From the IMG/VR virus record IMGVR_UViG_3300034150_000083, positions 9,132 to 73,131 of that record: a stretch of DNA of 64,000 nucleotides; one strand, written 5' to 3'. Under the pieces are notes generated by a model that ran no database searches, was not told where the DNA came from, and saw only the letters and a list, made by a program, of their open reading frames with translations. This DNA is from a virus. Taxonomy: Duplodnaviria; Caudoviricetes. Within the stretch, counting starts at the first letter, position 1, and each line of letters opens with the position of its first letter. Of the stretch, positions 31,401-41,500 are shown one piece after another. The position numbers and the translations under genes are program-made.

Positions 31401-34400
31401 GAACGCTTGGTCGAAGCTTTCGAACAGTGGCTCTGGGCGGATGAGGCGCGCAAGAAGCGCCTGCTCGATACGTACAACGAAGAGTACAACGGCGTGCGCT
31501 TGTGGGAACCCAACGGGGAGCATCTGAAGTTCCCCGGCATGGCGCGGAGCATGCTGCGCGGCGAGGACCTCGACAAGCACCAGAAGAACGGGGTCTGGCG
31601 AATCATCAGGGCGGGGAACGCTCTCCTCGCCCACGTCGTAGGCGCGGGCAAGACCTTCACCATGATCGCCGCCGGCATGGAGATGAAGCGCATGGGCCTC
31701 ATCGATAAGCCCATGTATGTGGTCCCGAACCATCTGGTGGAGCAGTGGGGCCAGGACTTCCTGAAGCTCTACCCGAACGCGAACATCCTGGTCGCCGATC
31801 CGGAAACGTTCGGCACCGGCCTGCGCCAGGAGACCGCCGGGAAGATCGCTGCGGGCAACTACGATGCGATCATTCTCAGCCACAAGAGCTTTGAAGCGCT
31901 GCCCATTTCGGACGCCACCTTCCAGCGGTTCGTCGAGAAGGAGACGGCTGAGATCCTGGCCGAACTCGACCGCCTGCAGGACATCAAAGCCGACAACGAA
32001 AAGAAGGGACCCACGGTCAAACGCCTGGAGACTCAGCTTGCCAACCTCCAGGCGCAACTGCTGAAGCGGGCCCTGATGGAAGCCAAGGACAAGGCCATCG
32101 AGTTCGAATCGCTGGGCGTCGACCAGTTGTTCGTCGACGAAGCCCACATGTTCAAGAACCTCGGCTTCTACACCTCGATGGGCCGGGTGGCCGGACTGCC
32201 GCAGTCAAACGCCAACCGATCCTTCGACATGCTCATGAAGACGCAGTACCTGTCTGAGCGTCAGGGGAATCGCGGCGTCGTCTTCGCGACCGGAACGCCG
32301 ATCGCCAACTCCATGGCCGAGATGTACACCATGATGCGGTACTTGGCCGGACCCTACATGAAGGAGAAGGGTCTCGAAAAGTTCGACGCATGGGCCAGAC
32401 AGTTCGGGCGCGTCGTACGCGCCGTGGAGCTTTCGCCCGAGGGCGGAAAGTTCCGGATGAACAACCGCTTCGCCAAGTTCGTCAACGTGGCGGATCTGGT
32501 GAAAGGCTTCCGCACGTTCGCTGACGTGAAGAACGTGGAGGACCTCAACCTCCCCCGGCCGGAACTGGAAGGAGGCAAGGCCGAGACCATCGTCAACCCG
32601 TCGCATCCGCTGCTCTCTGCATTCGTGCGGCTCTTGGGGAGGCGCGCCGAGATGATCCGCGGCGGCCAGGTCGATCCCAAAGACGACAACATGCTGAAGA
32701 TCACCTTCGAGGGCCGCGTGGCCGCTCTCGATATCCGGCTCTACGCCGAGGCGGCGCTCGAGGAGGCGCGCTCGCTCAAGGACGACGTGATTCAGATTGA
32801 GACCCGCATCGAGTGGCTGGGGCAGGAGCGTCCTGGTGAAACGGTCCCGAACAGGAAGCGGCGTCTGGCCGATCTCGGCATCGCCAAGAAGGAACTGCAT
32901 AAGGCCAAGGAACTCGTCATCGCCGTCGCGCCGTACCTGAAAGATCCAAGCCTCGTCCACAAGGAGAAGGGCGGCAAGATCACCATGGTGGCCGATAAGG
33001 TCGCCTCGATCTACAAGGAAACCGCCAAGGAGAAGTCCACGCAACTGGTCTTCCTCGATCTGGGCACGCCGAAGGAGAAGTCCAAGAAACGGCAGGCTGC
33101 CGAGGAGACCGCCGACAATCCCGACGAAATAGAGGTTGATGAAGAGGCCGAGGGCCGGGTCGCCGACGAAGAGGCCATGCAGGCCGCCGCGTATGACGAG
33201 ATCAAGAAGAAGCTGATCGCCCAAGGCGTGAAGGCCGAAGAGATCGCGTTCATCCACGATGCCAAGAACAAGGATCAAAAGCAGGCGCTGTTCAAGAAGG
33301 TGAACGCCGGGACCATCCGCATCCTGATCGGCTCGACCGAGAAGATGGGGGCCGGCACCAACGTGCAGGAGCGCCTCAAAGCTCTGCATCACGTCGACGT
33401 GCCATGGCGCCCGTCCGACATCGAGCAGCGCGAGGGCCGCATTCTCCGTCAGGGGAACACGAACGCCAGCGTGCGGATCTTCAACTACGCCTCCGAGGGC
33501 AGTTTCGACGTGTACATGTGGCAGACGATCGGCAGCAAAGCCGACATGATCCACACCGCGATGAGCGGCGATCTGTCGGTGCGCGAGATCGAAGACATGT
33601 CGACGATGGCTCTTTCCGCCAAGGAAACCATCGCGCTCTCCTCGGGCGATCCGGTAGTGCAGGAACGTCTCGATGTCGAGACCAAGGTAAACAAGCTCCG
33701 CCGGGAGAAGCGCAACAACCAGGACGCGCACCGGCAGTGGGCCGAGTCGCTGGCCAAGCTCGAGTGGCAGACTCAACGCAACAGGACCCGGCTGGAAGCC
33801 GCGAAATCGGCGGCTGAGAAAGTTGTGAAGTGGCTGGAGGAGAACCCGGAGACACCTCCGCGCAATTTCACCGGGATCCCTACGGAGGAACTCACCAGCG
33901 CGCCGTTGTCCGAGCTGCTCACGAAAGTAAGTCAAGGTGGCGGCGGCCCGGTGGGAACGCTGGGTCCGTTCGAAATGAGTGTCGGCAAATCCGCGTTCGG
34001 CGGCGCGAGTCTCGAGGTGGAAGACGGGGTCGACGATTTCAGCACTTCGACCTGGACTCCGGGGCCGAAGGGGCGGGTTTCCCCAGAGGTGGCCAGGACT
34101 GTACTGGGTGCGCTGACCAACTACTGGAACTCACTTCCCGGCAAGGTTGACACCTATAAGGAATGGCTCGACCGGAGCCAGGCCGAACTCGACACCTTTG
34201 AAAGCGCCAAGCCGGACAAGTTCAAGAAGGAAGACGAACTGGCGGCGGCCGAGAAGCGGCTCGACGAGATCACGGACGAGCTCGGCCTGATGGATGACGC
34301 GGCACCATCTGCCGAGGATGAAGGCGGCGACGAAGGCGGTGCGCCTGCGGGCGGGCCAGCCAGAGGCGGGCGAGGCCCGGCGCCAGCGCCAGCACCCAAG

Positions 34401-37400
34401 GGTCCTGCCCAGATGGGCTGGACGGGCGGGCTGACGGAATGGCAGGAGACCGTGCTCAAGGTGATCGGGCGCGGCATCACCCACGAGAACCTGCTCTATT
34501 CGGACGAGTACGCCGAGAAGCAGAAGGAATTCGACGAAGCCGTCGCCGATCTGATCAAGGCGGGCATCATCGAGAAAGCCTACGCCCGCGCCGGCGGGGC
34601 CCTCTCCTACCGTCCGGTCAAGGGGGCCAAGAGCAATCTGGAGAAGCTCGACGCCGCGGGCAGGCTAGCCAGCGAGAGGCTCAAGCCGTTCCTCGGAGGT
34701 GGCACGCTCCACTCCACTCCCAAGCAACTCCCCGGCGTGATCCGCGACATGGCGATCTCCATAGCGGGCGACGTGGCCCGCCTGCTGATCAACGGGAAGA
34801 ACTTCCTCGCCAAGATCGTTCAGAAGTTCGGCTCTGCCGCCCGGCCGATCGCGCGCCGCGTCTATCGCCGCGCCCTGCGGATCGTTCAGCGGTCCCGGCA
34901 AGCGGGCCAGGCGGTGTCGGCTGGATGGCGGCAAGGCGCGACGGCGGGCGCAGCGCCAGCGGCGGCCACCCAACAGGCCACGCCTGCGACGGCCCCGGCC
35001 ACGCCGGCAGCGCCGCTCTCGGCTTCCGCGCAGGCTCTCAAGGAATACCGGGAAGACGTGGAAGCCAGTGGCCGCCGCGTCGACAAGGGCACGCCTTGGT
35101 ACACACGCCTGCGGGAACGGATGACCGAGTTGGGCCATTCGTTCACGCGCGAGTACACGCACCTTCCGCCGGGGGCCACCTACGCTCCGGTGCGGATGGA
35201 GCTGAAGAAGGTGAACGCGGCCAAGCAGAACTCCGAGCACCGCGCGCATCAGGCTCTCAAGGATCAGCTCGAAAGCATGACGGACAACCCGATTCAGCTC
35301 GAGCAGATGATGGACGTGATCGTGCTCGACGACCTCTGGTGGCGCGTCGAGACGCAGATGAACGATGGCTACCCCGTCGAGGATAGCGATCTGCCGTGGA
35401 ACCTCACCAAGAAGAAACTCGCGCTGGCCCGGGCCGAGGCCCGGCGCGTAGCGGCGGCCAATCCGAAGATCGACAAGGCGCTGCGGTTGCGCAAGGCCAT
35501 GCAGCGCGAGATCCGGCTGCCGCTCATCAAAGCCTTCCGCGATGCCGGATACAAGGACCTCTCGGACGCACTGTCGAACCCGGATTACTTCCGGCACCGC
35601 GTCATGGAGTACGAGGAGAAGCGGGACGAGGGCACTGGCGGCGGGCAGCGGTTCAAGCTCCCGGTGGGCCGAGGCTACCTGCGCAAAGCGTGGGTCAATC
35701 CGAAAGAGTACAGCCTCGACTACATGAGGACAGAGTGGCAAGTGATGAACCAGATGATGTTCGACACTTCGCGCGCTCAGTTCCTCGCCTACATCCGGAA
35801 CCCGAAGAACAAACTGAACATCGCCAAGGACGTTCAGAAGAAGGCCGCCGAACTCAACAAAGACACGGTGATGCCGCACTTCGACCGCCTGGCGAAGCAC
35901 TGGAACAAGACTCATCCGAAGGGCACCCAGCACACCGGCGAGACGATGTACCAGAAGGTCATGAAGTCGCACCCGCAGGACCCGGGCTACCGCGAGAGGC
36001 TCACCAAGCAACTCGCGGGCAAGCACTACATGACGTTCAAGAAGACGTTCAAGGCGTTCTTCGCCGACACCCACGGGATCTATCAGCCCGTCGACGGCGA
36101 ACACTTCTACCTTGCCAATTCGATCCCCGAGCAGATCGCCGAGGAAGCGGCGCTGAACGGCGTAGCCGAGGTCAAGAAGGAACAGATCCGGCGGGTTGTC
36201 GCGCGCGGCCAGCGGCGCGAGGAGCTGGTGCTCCCCAAGGAACTGATCAAGACCATCCAGGGATTCTCGAAACCGGAGGATCCCAAGAGCGCTTCCGCCA
36301 TAGCCCAGAATGTCTGGGGCATTCCGACCAACTTGTGGAAGCAGTCCCGGCTGATCGGCCCGACGGGCGTCGTCATCTACAACGCCCGCAATGCGTCCGG
36401 CGATCTGTGGCGCGTCACCACTGTGCTGCCGAAAGCCTTCAAGCATCTGCCGCGCGTCTGGCGCGATCTCAAGGCGTTCCGCAAAACCGGGAAGCCGCCC
36501 AACAAAGAGTTCGAAGGATGGTGGCAGCGCGGCGGGTTCCAGTCCAACATCCAGAGCGCCGAGATGGGCGACATCAAGGTCGAGCGCAAGATGCGCGAGG
36601 CGCTGGTCGAGATCAATCCGACCATGAGCGAGCAGGCCAAGCGGGCGCTCTCGAAAACATGGGATGCCATCTGGTGGGGCCGGAAGTATACCGACATGCG
36701 CGAGGCGCTGCTCCGCTACGCCACGTTCCTCGAGTTCCTCGAGCAGGTCAAGACGGGCGGGCGCCCGACTACCTTCGCCGCCTCGCTCCGCGACGAGGTG
36801 ATGGCGCTTACCAATCCCATGGACCGGGCCTACAAGCTCTCCAACGACATGATGCTCGCCTACGACGAAGTCTCGCCGGCGGGCAAGATCATCCGCAAGT
36901 ACCCGATCCCGTTCTACAGTTTTACCGAACAGAACGCGCGCACCCACTGGCGGCTGATGAAGAACGCCGCGGCGGATGGCCGCGAGTCTGCCGCCTTGGG
37001 ATACGCGCTGCTCGGCGGCACCCGGCAAGCCGTTCACATGGGTGTCGCCTCGTACATCTACATGGGCCGGACGGCGGCGCTGATGTCCGGACTGAAGATC
37101 CTCATGACCGCCATCAACTGGGGGCTGTGGGACGACGACGAAGACGACATTCCGGACTCGGTGAAGAAGGACACCCATATCCTGCTCGGCCGGGACTCCG
37201 AGGGCCGCGTGCTCGGGTTCACCAGAATCGGCCTGGTGGACGAACTGCTCGAGTGGGCGGGCCTCAACGCCGCGCCGTATTACGCGCGCGAATATCTGAA
37301 TGGCCGGATGACGCTCCAGGAGTGGGCGGTCGAGACGGCGAAGGCCCCCTTCAATAAGTTTGCCGGCGGGCTGACGCCATGGTTCAAGTACCCGGCGGAA

Positions 37401-38000
37401 CTGTGGGCGGGCAAGTCCATGTTCCCCGACGTGTTCAACCCGCGCACGATCAGGGACCGCGGCCAGTACATCTTCCGCGAACTCGGCCTGCTCTATCCCT
37501 ACAACTACATGATGAAGAATCCGCAGCCGCCGCCGAGCTGGCGGAACCTGCTGAAGCTCGTCCTCTATAGTTGGGAACCGAAGCAGACCCACTACAACTC
37601 CTTCCGGTACGACAAAGTGCCGGGCTGGAGCGCCGAGCACGGCGGGATGAAGAGCCGCGGTGCCTACTCCGATTCGCCCGCCGCCGAAGCGCTCTATCTG
37701 ATCCGCGAGTCGGTACGGTATGGCGATCACCGGGGCCTGATCCATGGACTCGATGACTACAAGAACGCCGGCGGCACGATCGAGAACCTGGAGAAGGCCA
37801 TCGACCGCCTGCATCCGCTCGGCGCGCTCACCGAAGCTTCCCGTGAGGAATACAGAGCTTCCCTGCGCGGGAAGGAGAGGGCGCAACTTCACCAGGCGGA
37901 ACTGTTCTGGAAGGTAAACTTTGACAATAAGCGGGCCGAACTAACAGCCGTCGCGGAATCGCGGAATCTGCCAGCCAAGAGAGTGAGGAAAAAGAAGTAA
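25482..38000 (+). CDS. Giant DarB-like large polyvalent protein: N6-adenine methyltransferase, SF2/SNF2 helicase and C-terminal LPD38-like region
   Basis: MTase motif I LEPSAGTG and motif IV GNVPFG (~29590-29800). Helicase HVVGAGKT (~31630), LFVDEAH (~32130), ATGTPIAN, DVPWRPSDIEQREGRILRQGN (~33400-33460). N-terminal tandem FDLxGARxDGY repeat. Confidence 0.9.
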   Translation: MATWPKPAKAPFDLNGARADGYTDAEIADHLAKTNGFDLAGARGDGYSDLEIIGHLNKPPAMTELGAGLEMDRVMQGAVGAAPRPADQPKYNQYRDPTQQPVTPFYQREVPIPGTEKIGAPPPVEKALPPVDYTAWGGMPGAGARLRGMAGLQQVPGEEDQRIDMPDPATNLYQWGLRGATGTMAGLGAGLKELGTTPGGHRPKFIGLREAGEALENVSEKVGSYIPEQTPEEARMVGDKSFWDDPGQLLNPYYMTKHAGQAGGSMVAFMAPEVAFLSKAGLAISGARATALMSAAETLANSAEVYDDAINVKKLSPDEAHYLFMKNLPKDFPVTYGLNRIGLFNERLRNKKLKFGISQISEPLQEFGQGAVKNWTLDDPILKDAPENIMGGIMGGPVGAGLQIGSMRDPSHHEPESKELNWNNAIDMFPAAEPGQKAPGSYGIIPSLPTQSRYPPVGPQMAEQPGPEPSSLEGGPPPGGAPPGGAPPSAPTIVDTTAPDPSLKLQGEDLYADALKYAGNYTELGLGALVRKYGITRDEAAGLLQRFVSEGHFLPKPLKGGGVVYVNQAKKAEEEEIAGIFPAPEGEEEFNEDTVLPPVDIDKIVGESEGEAPPAGIPPTPAPPAPPAPPTAPAPPTQEQQAPPTQEEQAPPLQGQDALDAYNDFHRQLRELPPTPENDVARRELREQVAAVSEAANAHLQEMHDEVRRKAAEEQQAPPTQQPQPPTQQEQQPPPTEEEEQIGEEPESPEQQTPLPPDQPKAPAPAPTPPTQERKEGEQEQPGPEPSALEQEGPPPAPAAQPSRNLGWTTEDRVRAVLSYPGNEGMSEEEAREIVKKREAEGWYTPEPAAHPNQAAIDDLDNQIKAIRDAPSYTPGNEAEAQKIKDLWSKREALKRGEPAPQESKEEKPGPEPTSPEQEEEEVLDVRIGEPDADAYYDLSEKIAEAQKDPAFREDTREGQQLRDKVIDMERDRDFHKPAAIERARKQIEDEKAGKPPTEEEYQKEKEPKPEPKEEEPGEEPKSPEEGEQKRTEPNEPEQKRTEEEPGEEPKSPEEKPKLTISPEEAQLNKDMGLDELIASMIDALENGTATTNTVGYRSIAEDLGIENTLEGFKEWLATQHAAAATTEEERPAEGDVKITVGKMRSGGGGGGGGRSKGSRTTRTGHTDSLEEVSPEEDGKAEEGGEAGAGGDRGPGTDPGRGPSPDKTEPGPGLGTGDATGEGTVRVPPGGGTVPGGKRKVDKAESGRDFRLTDETLADLGGPAERFEANLAAIELLKKLEKEDRLPTPEEQRVLARYVGWGGLSQVAFAWSGDRLMEQRRDRLRRLLTDEEYRAASASSTNAHYTSLPVARQIWAGLQRLGVKAGMRMLEPSAGTGIFFGSQPESLLPAWRNGVELDNITAGIAKKLYPDSKIQNLGYQKAGFPNNYFHYILGNVPFGKYGVSDPAFRGKPSLTKAIHNYFFAKALEQVKPGGIVAFVTSRYTMDQIDSTVRAALAEKADLIGAIRLPGGRKGAFAGNAGTQVTTDIIFLRRRRSDESPSDVKWVKATGAETREGEDEFKINEYFVANPDMMLGKMTTSGSMYRPNELTLEGEFDENDLAKAIAKLPEGVMNTSADGGKTFDPVALTEETAKIKPGGFGVDENGVLVRRTAEGIVPANVKPEAEKRIRGMMGIRDALKAVYRSQLLDKTDEELAAARKELNKLYDAFVKAYGPVSSPNNARVFSEDPEYPTIRSIEDYDSDTGKSKKRDVFTKRTIPIYHPPERVSNAQDALGVVLAERGFLDWKRLESVTNKDRETLLEELGDQVFENPSGDWEVSDEYLSGEVVKKLKEAESAAKSEPNRYGRNVEALRKVQPTPLTKDEINVKPGASWIPGKDIKGFMDEIIFGLTGWDLKGSKARADYSHAAAQWTIIAPSKLTRSTRNQDYNPNFTAAELFEMSLNTKKPKVYFKKTHPDEKPRLNMEATAKAEDAQERLVEAFEQWLWADEARKKRLLDTYNEEYNGVRLWEPNGEHLKFPGMARSMLRGEDLDKHQKNGVWRIIRAGNALLAHVVGAGKTFTMIAAGMEMKRMGLIDKPMYVVPNHLVEQWGQDFLKLYPNANILVADPETFGTGLRQETAGKIAAGNYDAIILSHKSFEALPISDATFQRFVEKETAEILAELDRLQDIKADNEKKGPTVKRLETQLANLQAQLLKRALMEAKDKAIEFESLGVDQLFVDEAHMFKNLGFYTSMGRVAGLPQSNANRSFDMLMKTQYLSERQGNRGVVFATGTPIANSMAEMYTMMRYLAGPYMKEKGLEKFDAWARQFGRVVRAVELSPEGGKFRMNNRFAKFVNVADLVKGFRTFADVKNVEDLNLPRPELEGGKAETIVNPSHPLLSAFVRLLGRRAEMIRGGQVDPKDDNMLKITFEGRVAALDIRLYAEAALEEARSLKDDVIQIETRIEWLGQERPGETVPNRKRRLADLGIAKKELHKAKELVIAVAPYLKDPSLVHKEKGGKITMVADKVASIYKETAKEKSTQLVFLDLGTPKEKSKKRQAAEETADNPDEIEVDEEAEGRVADEEAMQAAAYDEIKKKLIAQGVKAEEIAFIHDAKNKDQKQALFKKVNAGTIRILIGSTEKMGAGTNVQERLKALHHVDVPWRPSDIEQREGRILRQGNTNASVRIFNYASEGSFDVYMWQTIGSKADMIHTAMSGDLSVREIEDMSTMALSAKETIALSSGDPVVQERLDVETKVNKLRREKRNNQDAHRQWAESLAKLEWQTQRNRTRLEAAKSAAEKVVKWLEENPETPPRNFTGIPTEELTSAPLSELLTKVSQGGGGPVGTLGPFEMSVGKSAFGGASLEVEDGVDDFSTSTWTPGPKGRVSPEVARTVLGALTNYWNSLPGKVDTYKEWLDRSQAELDTFESAKPDKFKKEDELAAAEKRLDEITDELGLMDDAAPSAEDEGGDEGGAPAGGPARGGRGPAPAPAPKGPAQMGWTGGLTEWQETVLKVIGRGITHENLLYSDEYAEKQKEFDEAVADLIKAGIIEKAYARAGGALSYRPVKGAKSNLEKLDAAGRLASERLKPFLGGGTLHSTPKQLPGVIRDMAISIAGDVARLLINGKNFLAKIVQKFGSAARPIARRVYRRALRIVQRSRQAGQAVSAGWRQGATAGAAPAAATQQATPATAPATPAAPLSASAQALKEYREDVEASGRRVDKGTPWYTRLRERMTELGHSFTREYTHLPPGATYAPVRMELKKVNAAKQNSEHRAHQALKDQLESMTDNPIQLEQMMDVIVLDDLWWRVETQMNDGYPVEDSDLPWNLTKKKLALARAEARRVAAANPKIDKALRLRKAMQREIRLPLIKAFRDAGYKDLSDALSNPDYFRHRVMEYEEKRDEGTGGGQRFKLPVGRGYLRKAWVNPKEYSLDYMRTEWQVMNQMMFDTSRAQFLAYIRNPKNKLNIAKDVQKKAAELNKDTVMPHFDRLAKHWNKTHPKGTQHTGETMYQKVMKSHPQDPGYRERLTKQLAGKHYMTFKKTFKAFFADTHGIYQPVDGEHFYLANSIPEQIAEEAALNGVAEVKKEQIRRVVARGQRREELVLPKELIKTIQGFSKPEDPKSASAIAQNVWGIPTNLWKQSRLIGPTGVVIYNARNASGDLWRVTTVLPKAFKHLPRVWRDLKAFRKTGKPPNKEFEGWWQRGGFQSNIQSAEMGDIKVERKMREALVEINPTMSEQAKRALSKTWDAIWWGRKYTDMREALLRYATFLEFLEQVKTGGRPTTFAASLRDEVMALTNPMDRAYKLSNDMMLAYDEVSPAGKIIRKYPIPFYSFTEQNARTHWRLMKNAAADGRESAALGYALLGGTRQAVHMGVASYIYMGRTAALMSGLKILMTAINWGLWDDDEDDIPDSVKKDTHILLGRDSEGRVLGFTRIGLVDELLEWAGLNAAPYYAREYLNGRMTLQEWAVETAKAPFNKFAGGLTPWFKYPAELWAGKSMFPDVFNPRTIRDRGQYIFRELGLLYPYNYMMKNPQPPPSWRNLLKLVLYSWEPKQTHYNSFRYDKVPGWSAEHGGMKSRGAYSDSPAAEALYLIRESVRYGDHRGLIHGLDDYKNAGGTIENLEKAIDRLHPLGALTEASREEYRASLRGKERAQLHQAELFWKVNFDNKRAELTAVAESRNLPAKRVRKKK
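28939..29205 (+). CDS. Nested +1-frame gene inside the giant gene (helical, TnpV-like appearance)
   Basis: GGAGGT twice (28923-28928, 28929-28934) before in-frame GTG codons; amphipathic 88-aa product; the host frame here is G/E/R low complexity. Confidence 0.65.
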   Translation: MEEAKDLGPLGQDILIHWKKYLPKKTARLKKEGRLEQEAIEAQEQTLDAAHLLIKQNPGLDWVQAMQQVREQFAFLPVEEQFLGANEK

Positions 38001-38230
38001 TGGTACAAGGTCCATACAAGCGAGTGAGCATCATCACGCCGCATGACACCAACCCGATCGGAGTGCCCTGCGAGGCTCTCCTGGCCGACGCGGGCGGCAC
38101 GGTGAATGTGGTCGACGCCGCGGGCGTCACCTCGTCCGTTACCTTGGCTACGGGCGTGCCTCTTGAACTCGTCCCGAGGATTGTGAAGACGGGCGGAACA
38201 GCCACCGGCCTCAAGGCTTTGTGCAGGTAA
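38000..38230 (+). CDS. Small beta-rich virion protein
   Basis: TAATG coupling to the giant gene. Confidence 0.65.
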   Translation: MVQGPYKRVSIITPHDTNPIGVPCEALLADAGGTVNVVDAAGVTSSVTLATGVPLELVPRIVKTGGTATGLKALCR

Positions 38231-38238
38231 TATAAGCC

Positions 38239-38574
38239 ATGCTCAACGAGGACATCGAGATCTATCAGGGCGACGATTATGTCGTCACGGTGACCGTCAA
38301 AAAGTCTGACGGCACCGCCTTTGATCTCACGGGCTACACGGGCAAGGCCCAGATCCGCCGCACGCCCGCTGACTCTGGCCCGATTGTCGCTGAATTCGGA
38401 ACCGCGATTCAGTTGCCGAACCTCGTTGTGCTCACGTTGACCAACGTTCAGACGCTTCCCCTCACGGGCACCTTCTTCTGGGACGTTCAGATCAAGTCCG
38501 GCGCCGGGGCGATCACGACGCTTGCCAAGGGGCGGTGTATTTCTGCGCCGGAAATCACACGCGAGGGACCGTGA
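38239..38574 (+). CDS. BppU-N-like fibre attachment protein
   Basis: [11 protein letters not shown]....G...[12 protein letters not shown] pattern typical of this family; GTGA overlap with the fibre gene. Confidence 0.7.
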   Translation: MLNEDIEIYQGDDYVVTVTVKKSDGTAFDLTGYTGKAQIRRTPADSGPIVAEFGTAIQLPNLVVLTLTNVQTLPLTGTFFWDVQIKSGAGAITTLAKGRCISAPEITREGP

Positions 38575-41500
38575 CCAGAACCATCGAACTCGACGCGATC
38601 ATCGTCAAGCCGTACCTGATCGTGCAGCTCGACCCGACGAAAGACTTCGTCGTCTCGCTGGCTGCCGGGCAGCCGATCCCCGGCCCCCCGGGCCCTCAAG
38701 GCCCCCAAGGCATCCCGGGCCCGGTTGGTCCCACGGGGCCCAAAGGCGACACCGGAAATACCGGAAGCACCGGAGCGACAGGCAGCACGGGCCCTCAAGG
38801 GCCCCAAGGCATCCAAGGCATACCCGGCCAGGTCGGGCCCGCGGGGCCCAAAGGCGACACGGGCAGCACCGGAAGCACCGGAGCCACGGGCCCTCCAGGC
38901 AGCACCGGGCCCCAAGGCGACCCCGGCGTTCCCGGCAGCCAAGGTCCGGTTGGTAGCACCGGAAGCACCGGAAGCCAAGGCCCGAAAGGTGACAAAGGCG
39001 ATCCAGGCATCCAGGGGCCCCAGGGCCCAGCCGGGGCCGTCAACGTCCAGGACGAGGGCACCGCCAGGACTCCGCGAACCTTCCTGAACTTTGTCGGCGC
39101 TGGAGTGACTGCCACCGACAACGCCGCCTTCGACCGGATCGACGTGACGATTCCTGGCGCCGTGGCCGGCGCAGGCCAGACGCCGTGGCTTCAGGACATC
39201 GACGCCTCGGGTTTCAAGCTCAACAAGGTTGGCGGGATCGGCATCGGTCCTGCGGTGGGTGCGCAGAGCACCATCGGCATCTTCGTGGACGGCACGGGCT
39301 TCCAAGACGGGTTCCGGCAGTTGAACGCCAGCCCGAGCGGCGCCCCCGGCTGCTCCTTCCAGAACGATCTCGGCACCGGCCTGAATATCCGGGTCTATGG
39401 TTCGGCCCGCTTACCGGCGAACATAGCCGTCATCGAGACGTTCGGTCCACTGGCCTTCATCCAGAACAGCGCCGAGGCGATGCGGCTCGACATCGCGGGC
39501 CGCGTAGGCATCGGTAAAATTCCGAGCGCGTACAGGCTGGAGGTGGCTGGAGACGTGGACGTGACCGGAACCTACAGGGTTAACGGTGTCCCGCTGGCCG
39601 TAGGCGTCTCAAGCGTATTCGGCCGCTCTGGCGCGGTGGTGGCGGCGAGTGCAGATTACACTGCCGCGCAAGTCACCAATGCGGTTTCAACCATCGGCAG
39701 TTACGCTGATCCTGCGTGGATCACGGCGTTGGCCTATGCCAAGATCACGGGCGCTCCAGCGGCGGGCGGGGGCCAGACACCGTGGCTACAGGACATCAAC
39801 GCCGCCACCTTCAAGCTCAACAACTCTGGCGGGATCGGCATAGGCGTGGCCTCGCCCACTCAGGCTCTGCACGTAGCCAAAGCAGACAACAACGACGTTA
39901 TCCTGGTTTCCGGCTCTAGCACCAGCGTGTACATGGCGTTCCAGTCGAACGCCACGTCTGGCCGCATCACGCACTTTAATGGCTCGGCATGGGGGAATAT
40001 TCTCCTCGCCCCGTTCGGCGGAAAAGTGGGCATCGGCATCCCCGCTACGATCAACTACCCGCTCGACGTTGTAGGTGATGTCAACATCTCCGCCGGCAGT
40101 GTCTACCGCATCAACGGTGTCCCGCTCAGTACTGGCGTGCCTACTTCCAGGCAAGTGATTGCCGGGACCGGCATGTCTGGCGGCGGCGCACTGACTGCGG
40201 ATGTCACGCTCAATGCGCTGCCCATGATCGCCAGCGGCGCGACGGGGCGCGGCGGTACTGTACCCACGCCGGGAGCGACGGCGGGAACGACTAAGTTCCT
40301 CCGCGAGGACGCAACGTGGGGAGTGCCGGTGGGCGCGGCCCAGACGCCTTGGCTGAGTGACATCGACGCCGCGGGCTTCTCGCTGAACAACGCCACGCAG
40401 GTAGTTGTTGCCAATCTGGGCGCTAATATAGGATTCCTGACGGGAATGCCGACCGAGTGCCGGTTGGCTTCTTCCACTAACAAGACCCTCCGTTGCCAAG
40501 GCACTCCGCTTATTCTCGATGGACTTACCTATGTGGCGATCCAGACCAATTCTCCTCTTACCGAGAAGATGCGGATCACGGCGGCGGGCTATGTTGGCAT
40601 CGGTCAATCAGTCCCGGTGCGCAGCCTGCATGTAGGCAACGTCCCGCTCGGCGGCGGCATGGTCATCAGCGGCGGCGCACCCAACCTCATGTTGTCCAGC
40701 GTCGAAACCGAACCCAACACCGGCCCTATGGGAGTGTTCTTCGGGATGGCGACCGCCGCCGGTCACTTCGCCCTGCCCAACGCTGGCGACTGCATGTTTG
40801 GCACGCAAGGCACCTCTCGCGGCGACCTCTACCTATCGGCCAACTACCAAGCCGGGGACTCCTCCAAGAAACTCCTGCTTCAGGCGACCTCCAGTGGGGG
40901 CGCGGTAGGTATCGGCACCACCAACCTCAGTACGGCCAAGTTGGTTGTCCAGGCGACCATTGACCGAGTGCTGGTTGTGCGCGGCGACCCCACGCCATTC
41001 GGTTTCCCCCCTGCCATGCTAGGCCCAATCCTCGCTGGCGTGAGTTCCGACCATTCCACCTTTGAGCCATTTACAATTGCTGGTCAGACTATCAATTTGA
41101 TGATCGGCAAAGTAGGCATCAATACGACGGCCCCCGCCTATCAACTCGACGTGGTTGGAGACTGCAACATCACGGGCCAATACCTTGTCAACGGCGTGCC
41201 ACTTAGTACCGGCGGCGGCTCCCAAACCCCGTGGCTCACCGACATTCAAGCCGCGGCGTATGGACTCTACAACGCTGGCGTAATCACCGTCCTCGGCTCT
41301 GGGACCTGGGAAGGTTACCGGCTGGATGTCCACTCTGCCGGTGGTCAGGCCGCGCGGTTTCGCGGGGAGGGCAACGTATACGGGATGACGGTTATGGGTA
41401 CGGGCAAGGTGGGAATCGGCACCGACAATCCACCGTTGAAACTAAGCATCATAGGTGGAGCGACCGGCTATGGCGATCCTGTCCTGGGAACCGCTATCGG

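Noticed and set aside
28986-32147. 1053-aa reverse-strand ORF (also 34665-37892, 13321-15351, 5916-7373)
   Set aside because: Antisense shadows of well-supported genes in GC-rich DNA with biased codons; no motifs or RBS.
35396-37357. 653-aa alternative-frame ORF within the giant gene
   Set aside because: R/A/G/P-rich shadow translation, while the main frame is globular here, unlike the 28939 case.
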